Assembly: GCA_050331175.1 (NCBI GenBank)
Contig: JBHJHC010000021.1
Coordinates: forward strand, 7,206 to 71,205
Source: Rubrobacteraceae bacterium
GTDB lineage: Bacteria > Actinomycetota > Rubrobacteria > Rubrobacterales > Rubrobacteraceae
Direction of reading: 5' to 3'
DNA length: 64,000 nt
Below the pieces are notes generated by a model. It ran no database searches, was not told the DNA's origin, and saw only the letters and a list, made by a program, of their open reading frames with translations. Positions within the stretch are counted from its first letter, which is position 1. Every line of letters begins with the position of its first letter. The position numbers and the translations under genes were made by a program. Of the stretch, positions 43,597 through 53,170 are shown one piece after another.

Positions 43597-44658
43597 TCAA
43601 TCCCAGACCAGGGTACCGGCGTTCTGGTACTCGGTGACGCGGGTCTCGAAGAAGTTCTTCTCCTTGGCGAGGTCCATCGTCTCGCTCATCCAGGGGAACG
43701 GGTTGCGGGAGCCGTACTGGGCCGGGAGCCCGATGCGGCCGAGCCGCCGGTCGGCGATGAACTGGACGTACTCGCGAAACAGCCCGGCGTTGAGGCCGAG
43801 GACGCCGTCGGGCAGGCAATCGCTGGCGTAGGCGACCTCGTACTCGACGGATTGCCGGATCATCGCCACGATCTCGTCCTTGAGTTCCGGGGTCCAGGCT
43901 TCGGGGTTCTCTTCCTTGATGGAGTTGATGAGGTCTATCCCGAAGTTCAGGTGAACCGTCTCGTCGCGCAGGATGTACTGGAACTGCTCCCCGATGCCGG
44001 TCATCCGGTTCTGGCGGTGGAAGGAGAGGATCATGACGAACCCGGAGTAGAAGAAGATGCCCTCCATGATCACGTAGAACCCTACCAGGTTCTTGATGAA
44101 CTCCTGGATGCCCTCCGTGGTCCGGGTTGAGAAATCCGGCCGCAGGACAGACGCCGTTAGCGACATTACGAACTCGTCTTTGCCCCGGATGGAGTCGACC
44201 TCGTTGTACATGTTGAAGACCTCCCGGCCGTCGAGGCCGAGCGACTCCACTATGTAGTGAAAGGTGTGGGTGTGGATGGCTTCCTCGAAGGCCTGGCGCA
44301 AGAGGTACTGCCGGGCTTCGGGGTTGGTGATGTGCTCGAAGATGGAGAGCACGATGTTGTTGCCTACGAGGCTCTCGCCGGTCGAGAAGAACCCCAGGTT
44401 CCGCATTATGACGAGCCGCTCCCCCTCGGTAAGCCGGTCGGAATGCCAGAGCGAGATGTCGCCCTGCATCGGGACCTCGGAGGGCATCCAGTTGTTGGCG
44501 CAGCCGTTGAGGTAGTGCTCCCAGGCCCACTCGTACTTCAGGGGCCAGAGCTGGTTCACGTCCACGGCCCGGCAGTTGAGCAGGCGCTTGTCCTCGGCGT
44601 TGATCCGCTTCGCCAGGTCGTAGGGTTGTTCGCTACCGGTCGTGCAGCATTGGGACAT
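43597..44658 (-). CDS. nrdB: Ribonucleotide reductase small subunit, class Ic (Chlamydia-type R2c)
   Basis: 353 aa. It is nearly collinear with my recollection of C. trachomatis R2: [92 protein letters not shown]. Phe133 (TTT, 44262-44260) occupies the radical-Tyr position and Glu95 replaces the usual Asp ligand. Confidence 0.9.
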   Translation of the reverse strand: MSQCCTTGSEQPYDLAKRINAEDKRLLNCRAVDVNQLWPLKYEWAWEHYLNGCANNWMPSEVPMQGDISLWHSDRLTEGERLVIMRNLGFFSTGESLVGNNIVLSIFEHITNPEARQYLLRQAFEEAIHTHTFHYIVESLGLDGREVFNMYNEVDSIRGKDEFVMSLTASVLRPDFSTRTTEGIQEFIKNLVGFYVIMEGIFFYSGFVMILSFHRQNRMTGIGEQFQYILRDETVHLNFGIDLINSIKEENPEAWTPELKDEIVAMIRQSVEYEVAYASDCLPDGVLGLNAGLFREYVQFIADRRLGRIGLPAQYGSRNPFPWMSETMDLAKEKNFFETRVTEYQNAGTLVWD

Positions 44659-44672
44659 GGATGGATTCCTTT

Positions 44673-47480
44673 CTACTGGCAGGCTTCGCACTCGGGCTCG
44701 TCGGGGGAACACGTCTCCCCCCGAACCGCTTCTTTGGCAACGACCGGCATCTCCCCGGTGTCCACCCGGCCGGAGGCGGAACGGCTCTTCATCCAGCGGG
44801 GCTGGATGCCGCGCTTGTTTACGTCCATGCTGGACTTCTCGACGTTCGTGGCGCCGCGGGACCGCAGGTAGTAGGTGGTCTTGAGGCCCTTGCGCCAGGC
44901 GTTCAGGTACATCTCGGAGAGGAGCTTGCCGCTCGGTTGGGCGAGGTAGAGGTTCAGAGACTGGCCCATGTCGATCCACTTCTGCCGCCGCCCGGCGCAG
45001 TCTATGAGCCAGCCGGGGTCTATCTCGAACGCCGTCAGGTAGAGCTTCTTGAGGTCTTCGGGGACCCGCCCTATCTCCTGCACCGAGCCGTCGAAGTGCT
45101 TGAGGTCCTCGATCATTTCCTCGTCCCAAAGCCCGCGCTTTTTGAGGTTCCGCACCAGATAGGGGTTGACGACCGTGAACTCCCCGGAGAGGTTGGATTT
45201 GACGAACAGGTTGGAGTACGCCGGCTCGATGGACTGGTAGGATCCCGCGATGTTGGAGATGGTGGCCGTCGGCGCTATCGCCATAACGTTGCTGTTCCTC
45301 ATACCATGCTCGGCCAGGACCTCCCGGACCGGCTGCCAGTCGAGCGTCGTTGAGCTGTCCATCTCGACCTCGACCCCGCGCTCTGCTTCGAGTAGCGCCA
45401 CCGTGTCTATCGGTAGAAGGCCGCGGCTCCACTTGGAACCCTCGTAGCTCGAATAGGCACCCCGGGTGGCGGCGAGGTTCGCCGAGGCCATTATGGCGTG
45501 GTAGGAGATCAGCTCCATCGAATAGTCGGCGAACCGGACGGCCTCTTCGCTCGCGTAGCTGATGCGCTGCTCGAAAAGGGCGTCCTGAAAACCCATGATC
45601 CCGAGCCCGACCGGCCGGTGCCGCAGGTTTGCTTCCCGGGCCTCGGGTGTGGGATAGAAGTTGATGTCTACGACGTTGTCCAGCATCCGCACCGCGGTCT
45701 TTATGGTCCCGGAAAGCAACTCCTCGTCCAGTCCGTAGGCGTCGGTGTGGGCGGCGAGGTTTATGGAGGCCAGGTTGCAGACGGCGGTCTCTTCGGGGCT
45801 GGTGTTGAGGAGAATTTCGGTGCAGAGGTTCGAGCTGTGGACGACGCCGGCGTGGTCTTGCGGAGACCGGACGTTGGAAGGGTCCTTGAAGGTGATCCAG
45901 GGGTGCCCCGTTTCGAAGAGCATGGAGAGCATCTTGCGCCACAGCTGCCCGGCCTCGACGCGCTTGTGCTGGCGCAGCCCGCCCTCATCAGCCATCCGCT
46001 CGTACGCAACGTAGCGCTCCTCGAACTTCTTGCCGGAGAGGTCGTGCAGGTCGGGGACTTCGTTTGGTGAGAAGAGCGTCCACTGTCCGTTTTCGATCAC
46101 GCGCTTGATAAAGAGGTCCGGGATCCAGTTGGCCGTGTTCATGTCGGGCGTCCGGCGCCGCTCGTCGCCGGTGTTCTTCCTGAGCTCCAGGAAGTCCTCC
46201 ACGTCCAGATGCCAGGTCTCCACGTAAGAGCACGCCGCGCCCTGTCTCTTTCCCCCCTGATTGACCGCCACCGCCGTATCGTTGACGATCTTGAGGAACG
46301 GAACGACGCCCTGGCTCTCGCCGCCGGTGCCTTTGATGAGGGAGCCCGTCGCCCGGATGTTGGTCCAGTCGTTCCCCAATCCCCCTGCCCACTTGGACAG
46401 CCTGGCGTTGTCCGAGATGGCCTTGAAGATGCCCTCGATGTCGTCGCTAACGGTGGTGAGGTAGCAAGAGGAGAGCTGGGGATGTAGCGTGCCGCTGTTG
46501 AAGAGCGTGGGTGTGGCGGAGACGACCCGAAAGTACGAAAGCGCCTCGTAAAACTCTATGGCGCGCGCCTCCCGGTCATCCTCGTTCAGGGCCAGGCCCA
46601 TCGCGACCCGCATCCAGAAGTATTGAGGGCACTCGATCCGGCGTCCACCGGCCTCGATGAGGTAGCGGTCGTAGATGGTCTGGAGGCCGAGATAGGTGAA
46701 GTCCTCGTCCCGCCCCGGTCGCAACGCGGCAGAGAGCTGGTCGAGGTCGAACGCCAGCAGGTCCGGGGAAACTCGTCCGGCCTCTACTCCGGCTCGCAGG
46801 TAGCCGGCGAAGTTTTCGCGGTAGGTCCGGTCGAAGTCTTCTTCGGTTGGCGAACCGTTCCAGGCTTCCCGGTAGATCACCCCGAGCAGCAGCCGGGCGG
46901 CCGCGGTGCCGTAGGCGGGATCCACCTCGATGTGAGACCGGGCGGCCAGGATGGTGGCGCGCCGGATCTGCTGCGGCGTGATGCCGTCGTAGAGCGAGCC
47001 CAGAGCTTCGTCCAGGATGCGCCCCGGGTCCACGGGCTCCAGGTTCCGGCAGGCGGCCTCGATCCTCCGCCGGACGCGCCACGGCTCGAAGACGCTCTCG
47101 CGGCCATCCTCGTGGCGCACGTTTATGGCCGGCCGGGCACCGTCGGCGGGTTCCCCGCGGAACATGCGGGCTTTGTTGTGTTCCTCGCGGTAGACGATAT
47201 ACCTGCGGGCGACCCGGTAGTTGCCGTCCCGCATCAACTGCTCCTCGACGAGGTCCTGGATCTTCTCCACGTCCACCGCGCCACCCGACTCCGGGAGCCG
47301 ATCAACCACCGCGGTCGTGGTGCGTTGTATCTCCTCACCAAGCTCCGGACCCAACCCGGCGCCCTTTGGCAGGCCTTGCTCCGCCCGGAACGCGTTGGCG
47401 ACGGCCGTGGAGATTCTGGCCGTCTCGAAGGCCACGACCCGCCCGTCCCGTTTCCTGACCGATGTTTCTTGTGGGATCAC
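44673..47480 (-). CDS. nrdA: Ribonucleotide reductase large subunit, class I, with tandem N-terminal ATP-cone-like segments
   Basis: [17 protein letters not shown].. and ..[23 protein letters not shown].. are ATP-cone-like. Catalytic blocks are SSCYL, NLCTEI and LMPTA-like, and the C-terminus has the CEAC pair. The GTG at 47480 follows AAAGGGG; the track ORF to 47783 runs into the riboswitch. Confidence 0.9.
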   Translation of the reverse strand: MIPQETSVRKRDGRVVAFETARISTAVANAFRAEQGLPKGAGLGPELGEEIQRTTTAVVDRLPESGGAVDVEKIQDLVEEQLMRDGNYRVARRYIVYREEHNKARMFRGEPADGARPAINVRHEDGRESVFEPWRVRRRIEAACRNLEPVDPGRILDEALGSLYDGITPQQIRRATILAARSHIEVDPAYGTAAARLLLGVIYREAWNGSPTEEDFDRTYRENFAGYLRAGVEAGRVSPDLLAFDLDQLSAALRPGRDEDFTYLGLQTIYDRYLIEAGGRRIECPQYFWMRVAMGLALNEDDREARAIEFYEALSYFRVVSATPTLFNSGTLHPQLSSCYLTTVSDDIEGIFKAISDNARLSKWAGGLGNDWTNIRATGSLIKGTGGESQGVVPFLKIVNDTAVAVNQGGKRQGAACSYVETWHLDVEDFLELRKNTGDERRRTPDMNTANWIPDLFIKRVIENGQWTLFSPNEVPDLHDLSGKKFEERYVAYERMADEGGLRQHKRVEAGQLWRKMLSMLFETGHPWITFKDPSNVRSPQDHAGVVHSSNLCTEILLNTSPEETAVCNLASINLAAHTDAYGLDEELLSGTIKTAVRMLDNVVDINFYPTPEAREANLRHRPVGLGIMGFQDALFEQRISYASEEAVRFADYSMELISYHAIMASANLAATRGAYSSYEGSKWSRGLLPIDTVALLEAERGVEVEMDSSTTLDWQPVREVLAEHGMRNSNVMAIAPTATISNIAGSYQSIEPAYSNLFVKSNLSGEFTVVNPYLVRNLKKRGLWDEEMIEDLKHFDGSVQEIGRVPEDLKKLYLTAFEIDPGWLIDCAGRRQKWIDMGQSLNLYLAQPSGKLLSEMYLNAWRKGLKTTYYLRSRGATNVEKSSMDVNKRGIQPRWMKSRSASGRVDTGEMPVVAKEAVRGETCSPDEPECEACQ

Positions 47481-47674
47481 CGCTCTACCCCTTTCGCGCC
47501 GCTTTTCTACTGCGGACGGCCGCGGAGACCGGCGAGAAAGATAGGTAGCGCAAAAGAGATTCCGTGCCGGCAGGGTAAACGTCAAGGTGCTGCCACTACC
47601 GGCGACGCTCTTTTGGCGACCAGCCTCTCCCTCGAAGGCTCGAGCCACCCTCCCGCACACCCGTGCGGGCCACC

Positions 47675-47840
47675 GGCAGGTCTTCGGACTCGCAGGCCCT
47701 TCGATCGGAGATCGAACCCTACTCACCGCCGCTTCCCAACCTCGAAAGGCCAGTGCTCCATGGCGGTTTTCGTTCCTGCTCACCGCTGCGGGGCAGTTCC
47801 GGATTTACACCGGATTCCCTCTTGCGACACCGGAACCTGC
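47675..47840 (-). promoter_or_regulatory. Cobalamin (B12) riboswitch aptamer
   Basis: The minus strand reads GCAGGTTCCGGTGTCGCAAGAGGGAATCCGGTGTAAATCCGGAACTGCCCCGCAGCGGTGAGC...GAGCACTGGCC...TTGGGAAGCGGCGG...AGTCCGAAGACCTGCC. The conserved core and the 3' B12-box are present, and P1 closes by GCAGGT/ACCTGC. Confidence 0.85.
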
Positions 47841-47879
47841 GATACTCCCTAGGCTCCGGTGAACCGGCAGATGGTGGAG

Positions 47880-47908
47880 ATTATGTTGCCTGACCGCGGC
47901 GCTGTCAA
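47880..47908 (-). promoter_or_regulatory. Candidate promoter TTGACA-17-CATAAT driving the riboswitch-nrdAB leader
   Basis: Minus-strand -35 at 47908-47903 and -10 at 47885-47880, with a 17-nt spacer. It lies about 35 nt upstream of the aptamer. Confidence 0.5.
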
Positions 47909-47948
47909 CACCGGTCCGGAGAAAAGTCCTGGTAAACGGCGGTCTTTT

Positions 47949-48623
47949 TCAGTCCCCCAGCACCCGGGCGATCGAGATGCCGTCCACGCCCTCCCGGAGC
48001 ACCGGCAGGATCGTGGCGGAGAGCCGGGGATGCCGCGCCAGCCGCTCGTTGAATTCGCGGGTGGCGCGGGCGGATTCGTCTTCGCCGTTCAAAACGGTCC
48101 CGCCCCGGATGGTATTGTCGGCCAGTATCAGGGAGCCGGGCCGGGAGAGTTGCAGGGCGAGATCCAGGTATCGGGGATAGCCGTCTTTCTCCGCGTCGAT
48201 AAAGATGAGGTCGAAGGATTCGGTACCGCCCTCTACCAGCTCCCCGAGCAGGCCGTGGGCGTCCCCGACGAGCACCTCCACGCTGTCTTCCAACCCGGCG
48301 CGTTCGACGTTTGCCCGGGCCACCTCGGCGTGCCGCCCGTCTACTTCGAGGGAGATCAGGCATCCCCCGTCCGGCAGGGCGCGGGCGAGGTGGATGGCGC
48401 TGTAGCCTCCGAGAGTCCCGATCTCCAGGATGCGGCGGGCTCCGGCTATTTCGGCGAGCAGTTGCAGGAGCCTGCCCTGGGTCGGGGAGATGTGGATCTC
48501 CGGCAACCCCGCTTCCCGGGAAGCGCGCAGCGCCGCTTTCAAAGCTTCATCACCCGGCGCGTACAGCTCCTCGACGTACCGGTTAACCTCTCCGACCAGC
48601 TCTTTGAAACTATCCACGGCCAC
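47949..48623 (-). CDS. Class I SAM-dependent O-methyltransferase (caffeoyl-CoA OMT-like, Methyltransf_3)
   Basis: RILEIGTLGGYSAIHLA SAM motif, FDLIFIDAEK and ADN blocks. The GTG at 48617 is an alternative start with better SD spacing. Confidence 0.8.
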   Translation of the reverse strand: MAVDSFKELVGEVNRYVEELYAPGDEALKAALRASREAGLPEIHISPTQGRLLQLLAEIAGARRILEIGTLGGYSAIHLARALPDGGCLISLEVDGRHAEVARANVERAGLEDSVEVLVGDAHGLLGELVEGGTESFDLIFIDAEKDGYPRYLDLALQLSRPGSLILADNTIRGGTVLNGEDESARATREFNERLARHPRLSATILPVLREGVDGISIARVLGD

Positions 48624-49374
48624 TTCCTCCCCACAGGTCTAGTTCGTATTCGACGTTTGTTAGTGTAAGGCCCCGCGCCGGTACGGCGGGACCGGCCTCC
48701 GTTCGTCCGCCACCGGAGAGCAACTGCTCGAAGCTCGACCACGCGCGTTTGCCCTGGGCCAGCTCCAGCATCGTCCCGACCAGCGTGCGGACCATGCCGT
48801 AGAGAAAGGAGTTGGCCGTTATGTAGTAGGTCAGCAACTCGCCCTCCTCTTTCCAGCGCGACTCCGAGATGGTGCGTTCGAACCGGACGTGGTAGCTTTT
48901 CGAGGGTGTAAAGCCTCGAAAGTTGTGCAGGCCCTTCACCGACTCCGCCGCTTTTTGCAACGCACCGTAGTCTAGCTCTCTTGCAACGTACATGGTGTGC
49001 TGCCAGAGCAGCGCCGAGCGGACGGGCGTGTTGACAACCCGGTATTCGTAGCTCCGGCTCCGGGCATCCCGGCGGGCATCGAAGCCCTCCGGCACCGCGA
49101 CGCAGCGCCGGAGCGCCACGTCTTTCGGGAGTAAGGCGGTAGTTTTGTAGGCGACCAGGCTCGGTGATAGGCCGGTATCCGCGTTGAACGAGATGACCTG
49201 TCCACTCGCGTGTACCCCCGCGTCGGTGCGGCCGGCGACGGCCAGCTTCACCGGCTCTCGCAACACCGTCTCCAGGGCCTCCGCCAGGACGCCTTCCACC
49301 GTCCGCTGGTCCGGCTGGGCGGCCCAGCCGGCGAAGCTGGTGCCGTCATACTCTACGAACCCGGCCAGGTTCAT
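48610..49374 (-). CDS. truA: tRNA pseudouridine(38-40) synthase
   Basis: Contains the GRTDAGVHASGQV catalytic-Asp motif and YDGTSFAGW. Confidence 0.9.
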   Translation of the reverse strand: MNLAGFVEYDGTSFAGWAAQPDQRTVEGVLAEALETVLREPVKLAVAGRTDAGVHASGQVISFNADTGLSPSLVAYKTTALLPKDVALRRCVAVPEGFDARRDARSRSYEYRVVNTPVRSALLWQHTMYVARELDYGALQKAAESVKGLHNFRGFTPSKSYHVRFERTISESRWKEEGELLTYYITANSFLYGMVRTLVGTMLELAQGKRAWSSFEQLLSGGGRTEAGPAVPARGLTLTNVEYELDLWGGSGRG

Positions 49375-50156
49375 AGCAGAATGCCCGTCAGGAGAATGAG
49401 CCCCGTCGCGGCGAGGGCCAGGGCATCCCGGGGGCGGAAGCGCAGCTCCCGGTAGCGGGTGCGGCCTTCGCCGCCCCGGTAGCCCCGGCTTTCCATGGCT
49501 TCGGCCAGCTCGTCGGCCCGCCGAAAAGCCCCGATGGTCAGCGGGATCAGGACGGGCACCATCGCCCGGACGCGCCGCCCGGGGCCGCCGTCGGCGGCAT
49601 CCGAGCCGCGGGCGGCCTGGGCCTTCATGATCTTCTGGGCCTCGTCGTAGAGCGTCGGAATGAAGCGGAGGGCTATGGTCATCATCATCGCCACCTCATG
49701 CGCCGGGAAGCGGAGCCTCTTGAGCGGGGAGAGCAGGTCCTCGATGCCGTCGGCCAGGGCCACCGGGGCCGTTGTAGCCGTTAGCAAACCCGCCGCCGAC
49801 ACGAGCAGCAAAATCCTGAGCGCGAGCAGCAAGCCCATCCTGATCCCACCCTCGTGAACCTCTATGACGCCCCACTTGAATAGAAGCTCGCCTTCTCTGG
49901 AGAAGAGAACCTGGAAGAGCGCCGTGAGCGCCACGATCAACAAGACCGGCCGCAGCACCCGCAGGAACGTACCCGGCGGGATGTGCGCGACCATCACCAG
50001 CGCCCCGAGGGCCGCCGCTACCGCCAACAAACCGGCTATGGAGTTTACGAGGAACAACCCGACGACCAGGATCCCGACGGCCACGATCTTGGCCCGCGGG
50101 TCCAACTCGTGGAGCGGCGACGCTACGGGATAGAATTGTCCGAGAGTCCGGTTCAT
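49371..50156 (-). CDS. ecfT: Energy-coupling-factor transporter transmembrane subunit
   Basis: A CbiQ-like membrane protein with the ARG coupling motif (KAQAARG). It is positioned after two ecfA genes. Confidence 0.85.
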   Translation of the reverse strand: MNRTLGQFYPVASPLHELDPRAKIVAVGILVVGLFLVNSIAGLLAVAAALGALVMVAHIPPGTFLRVLRPVLLIVALTALFQVLFSREGELLFKWGVIEVHEGGIRMGLLLALRILLLVSAAGLLTATTAPVALADGIEDLLSPLKRLRFPAHEVAMMMTIALRFIPTLYDEAQKIMKAQAARGSDAADGGPGRRVRAMVPVLIPLTIGAFRRADELAEAMESRGYRGGEGRTRYRELRFRPRDALALAATGLILLTGILL

Positions 50157-50974
50157 CGCGGTTCTTCCAACAGCTCCTTCAAGGCCGCAAGCGTTTCTTC
50201 GAACCGCACCGGCGTTCCGAATGCCGGGCAGGCCGCCCTCAACGCCTCGCCAACCCTCACGGTTGCCGGGGCTATCCCGGGGTTTCCGTAGAAGACTTCA
50301 GCCGGCCTCCCGATAGCGCGCACTTCGCCACCGGCCATCACGCAAATCCGGTCGGCGATCTCGGCCACCTCGTCGAGGTCGTGGGAAACCAGGACTACCG
50401 AGGTTCCACGGTGCCGGAGATCCCGCACCACACCGAGGAGTTCTTCCCTCGTCGCCGGGTCGAGCCCGGCGGTCGGCTCGTCGAGGACGAGGACTTCCGG
50501 CTCCATCGCCAGCACACCCGCGATGGCTACCCGGCGCTTCTCGCCGCCGGAGAGCGAGTGCGGCGAACGATCGGCCAGGTGTCCGATGCCGAGGAGGTCC
50601 AGCACCTCCCGAACTCTTTCTCGAACCTGGTCTTCGTGCAACCCCAGCTGCCGGGGGGCGAAGCCTACGTCCTCTTCGACGCTCGGGGCGAACAGGCTCT
50701 GCTCCGGGAACTGGAACACGAGCCCGATCCGGCGCCGGAGCTCGCTCTTTTTTAGCGTCGCGGCGCCTACCCCGTCCACGAACACTTCTCCGCCGGTGGG
50801 TTCCAGCAGAAGGTTCATGTGCTGCACCAGGGTACTCTTCCCGGAGCCGGTTCCGCCGACGATCCCGAGCACCTCACCTTCCTCTACGGACAGCGAGACG
50901 CCCCGCAAAGCGGCGACCTCGAAGTCCGTGCCGGGCGAGTAGACGTGCCGCACGTCCCGCAGCTCCAGCTTCAC
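50153..50974 (-). CDS. ecfA2: ECF transporter ATPase A2
   Basis: Walker A GGTGSGKST, the signature LSGGEKRRV, and Walker B LVLDEPT. Confidence 0.85.
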   Translation of the reverse strand: MKLELRDVRHVYSPGTDFEVAALRGVSLSVEEGEVLGIVGGTGSGKSTLVQHMNLLLEPTGGEVFVDGVGAATLKKSELRRRIGLVFQFPEQSLFAPSVEEDVGFAPRQLGLHEDQVRERVREVLDLLGIGHLADRSPHSLSGGEKRRVAIAGVLAMEPEVLVLDEPTAGLDPATREELLGVVRDLRHRGTSVVLVSHDLDEVAEIADRICVMAGGEVRAIGRPAEVFYGNPGIAPATVRVGEALRAACPAFGTPVRFEETLAALKELLEEPR

Positions 50975-51837
50975 GGCACCTCCGCGTTCCGGCCGGTAGC
51001 CTCCAGCACCAGCGCCGCCAGCTCCTCCGGGGTCCGGCGCGGCGGGAGCCCGAGCTCTGCGGCGAGCCGCAACACCGGCGGCAGGAGAAGCCGGTTGTCC
51101 CGTAGCAGCTCGGTGTCCGAGACCAGGCGTTCGGGCTCTACGTCCGCCACGAGGGCGCCGTCGTTCAGGACCAGCACCCGGTCGGCTTCGAGAAGCTCTT
51201 CCAGGTGGTGGGTGACGTGCAGAATAGTCTTCCTGCCCCGGAGTTTGGTGATCCGATCCAGCACCTCCCGGCGGCCGGCGGCGTCGAGCATCGAGGTCGG
51301 CTCGTCCAGGATCAGGACCTCCGGCTCCACCGCCAGAATCCCGGCGAGCGCCACCCGCTGCTTCTCTCCTCCGGAGAGCGTGTGGGGCTCGCGGCGCTCG
51401 TGGCCCTCCAGCCCGACGCCCTTTATCGCCTCAGCGACCCTCGCGCGCATCTCGGGGCGCGGAACCCCGAGGTTCTCCAGGCCAAATGCCACGTCGTCTT
51501 CGACGAACGGCGCGACGAGCCCGTTGTCCGGGTTCTGGAAGAGCATCCCTACCTTTTCGCGAACCCCGAAGGGTTCCGTAGCCGGGTCCAGCCCCCCCAC
51601 CCGGACCTTACCGGAGTCCGGTTTGAGCAGGCCGTTGAGCAATCGGACGAGGGTAGACTTGCCACCACCGTTCGGGCCGACGACGCCGATGTACTCCCCG
51701 GCAAAGACCTCGAAGCTCGCGCCCCGGAGTACCGGGCGGTCGCTTCCGGGATACGAGAAGGTCAGGTTCTCACAACAGACAACGAGAGGCCCCACCGTGG
51801 CGGGGCCTCCTCGTGGAGTCTGGTGTTTGTCCGGCAT
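50971..51837 (-). CDS. ecfA1: ECF transporter ATPase A1
   Basis: Walker A GPNGGGKST, the signature LSGGEKQRV, and Walker B LILDEPT. Confidence 0.85.
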   Translation of the reverse strand: MPDKHQTPRGGPATVGPLVVCCENLTFSYPGSDRPVLRGASFEVFAGEYIGVVGPNGGGKSTLVRLLNGLLKPDSGKVRVGGLDPATEPFGVREKVGMLFQNPDNGLVAPFVEDDVAFGLENLGVPRPEMRARVAEAIKGVGLEGHERREPHTLSGGEKQRVALAGILAVEPEVLILDEPTSMLDAAGRREVLDRITKLRGRKTILHVTHHLEELLEADRVLVLNDGALVADVEPERLVSDTELLRDNRLLLPPVLRLAAELGLPPRRTPEELAALVLEATGRNAEVP

Positions 51838-52202
51838 TACTCCGCTTCGTAGTTGACCAGCTCCAGGTAGACTTGCTCGGCACCGTCACCGAGCCGAGGT
51901 CCCAGCTTGAGAATCCTGGTGTAACCCGAGTTCCGGTCGTCGAGGTCGGGGGCCACGTCCTCAAAGAGCTTGCGAACGACGGTCTTGTCCTTCAGGACCT
52001 TTACCGCCTGCCGGCGGGCGTGAAGGTCGTCTTTCTTGGCGGTGTTTACGAGCTTGTCTACCACGCCGCGGACTTCCTTGGCCTTCGGGGCGGTGGTCTT
52101 TATGCGGCCGTGCTGTATCACCTGCCCGGCCATCGTGCCGAGCATCAGGTTCCGGTGCTGGGCCTCGCGGCCGAGCTTGCGCCCCCGTTTAGCGTGCCTC
52201 AT
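51837..52202 (-). CDS. rplQ: 50S ribosomal protein L17
   Basis: MRHAKRGRKLGREAQHRNLM... The ATG at 52202 gives the canonical MRH N-terminus. Confidence 0.9.
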   Translation of the reverse strand: MRHAKRGRKLGREAQHRNLMLGTMAGQVIQHGRIKTTAPKAKEVRGVVDKLVNTAKKDDLHARRQAVKVLKDKTVVRKLFEDVAPDLDDRNSGYTRILKLGPRLGDGAEQVYLELVNYEAE

Positions 52203-53139
52203 AGCCCTCACTCTCCAACTCGTATCCGTACTCGGTGAGCTTCGAGCGGATCTCGTCCACGCTTTTCATGCCGAGGTTGCGGATGTTCATCAACTCTTCC
52301 TCGGTCATCGTGGCGAGCTGGCCGATGGTGTCTACGCCCTCGCGCTTGAGGCAGTTGTAGGAGCGAACCGTCAGCTCCAGCTCCTCCACCGGACGCTCGT
52401 CGGTTATGACCGGGCGGCCCGCCGGACGCCGCGGATCGGCCGTCCGGGAGCTCTCGTAGCCGTCGGTAAAGAGGCCGAGGATGTCTATGAGCTGCTTCGA
52501 AGCGTCCTGGAGGGCTTCGCGGGGTTCGATCCTCCCGTCGGTAAACACCTCCAGCGTGAGCGAATCCAGATCGGTGCGGGCGCCCGCGCGGGCCTCGCTA
52601 ACCGAATAGTTCACCCGCTGCACCGGCGAGAACAACGAGTCGATCGCTATGACCCCGATCGGGTCGGCGTCGCTCTTGTTCTGCTCGGCCCGGACGTAGC
52701 CCTGGCCCCCCTCGACCGTCAGGCGCATGTCCAGGTGGCCGTTCTCGGAGACGCTCGCTATGTACGCCTCGGGGTCTACGATCTCGACGTCGGCCTTTAG
52801 CTCGATATCCTCCGCCCGCACCTCGCCGGGGCCGTCTTTGGTGATCTCCAGCTCCATCGGCTCGTCGCGCTCCAGCTTGAACTTCAGCTCTTTTACGTTG
52901 AGGATAATGTCCACCACGTCTTCCCGGACACCGGGGATCGTGGAGAACTCGTGCTGGACACCCTCTATGCGGATCTTGGTGATCGCGGCCCCAGAGAGCC
53001 CGCTGAGCATCACCCGCCGGAGCGAGTTGCCTAGTGTGTGTCCCAGCCCGCGGGGGAGCGGCTCGGCCACGAAGATCGCCCGGCGCTCGTCTTCTTCTTC
53101 CACCCTGAAACGGGGTGGCGCTATGTCTAACATCGTCAA
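52189..53139 (-). CDS. rpoA: DNA-directed RNA polymerase alpha subunit
   Basis: Full-length RpoA similarity, with the N-terminal assembly domain and C-terminal domain (VRSYNCLKREGVDTIGQL). Confidence 0.95.
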   Translation of the reverse strand: MTMLDIAPPRFRVEEEDERRAIFVAEPLPRGLGHTLGNSLRRVMLSGLSGAAITKIRIEGVQHEFSTIPGVREDVVDIILNVKELKFKLERDEPMELEITKDGPGEVRAEDIELKADVEIVDPEAYIASVSENGHLDMRLTVEGGQGYVRAEQNKSDADPIGVIAIDSLFSPVQRVNYSVSEARAGARTDLDSLTLEVFTDGRIEPREALQDASKQLIDILGLFTDGYESSRTADPRRPAGRPVITDERPVEELELTVRSYNCLKREGVDTIGQLATMTEEELMNIRNLGMKSVDEIRSKLTEYGYELESEGYEAR

Positions 53140-53170
53140 ACTACCACCTGCTTGAATAAATAGATCTTTA

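Noticed and set aside
43597-45942. 781-aa ORF that would fuse nrdB to a long upstream region, and the 329-aa ORF at 43541-44530.
   Set aside because: The upstream 428 codons are an alternative frame of nrdA and are Arg/Pro/Gly-rich. NrdB homology begins exactly at the ATG at 44658, which has its own RBS.
47707-47720. GGTTCGATCTCC, a tRNA T-loop-like string. I considered it as a possible tRNA or tRNA fragment (integration target).
   Set aside because: No acceptor, D or anticodon arms can be drawn around it. It lies inside the peripheral region of the B12 riboswitch.
46623-47852. 409-aa plus-strand ORF, and the first 101 codons of the 1036-aa nrdA ORF (47481-47783).
   Set aside because: The first is antisense to nrdA. 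Both run across the cobalamin riboswitch, whose conserved RNA motifs explain the sequence better than coding does.
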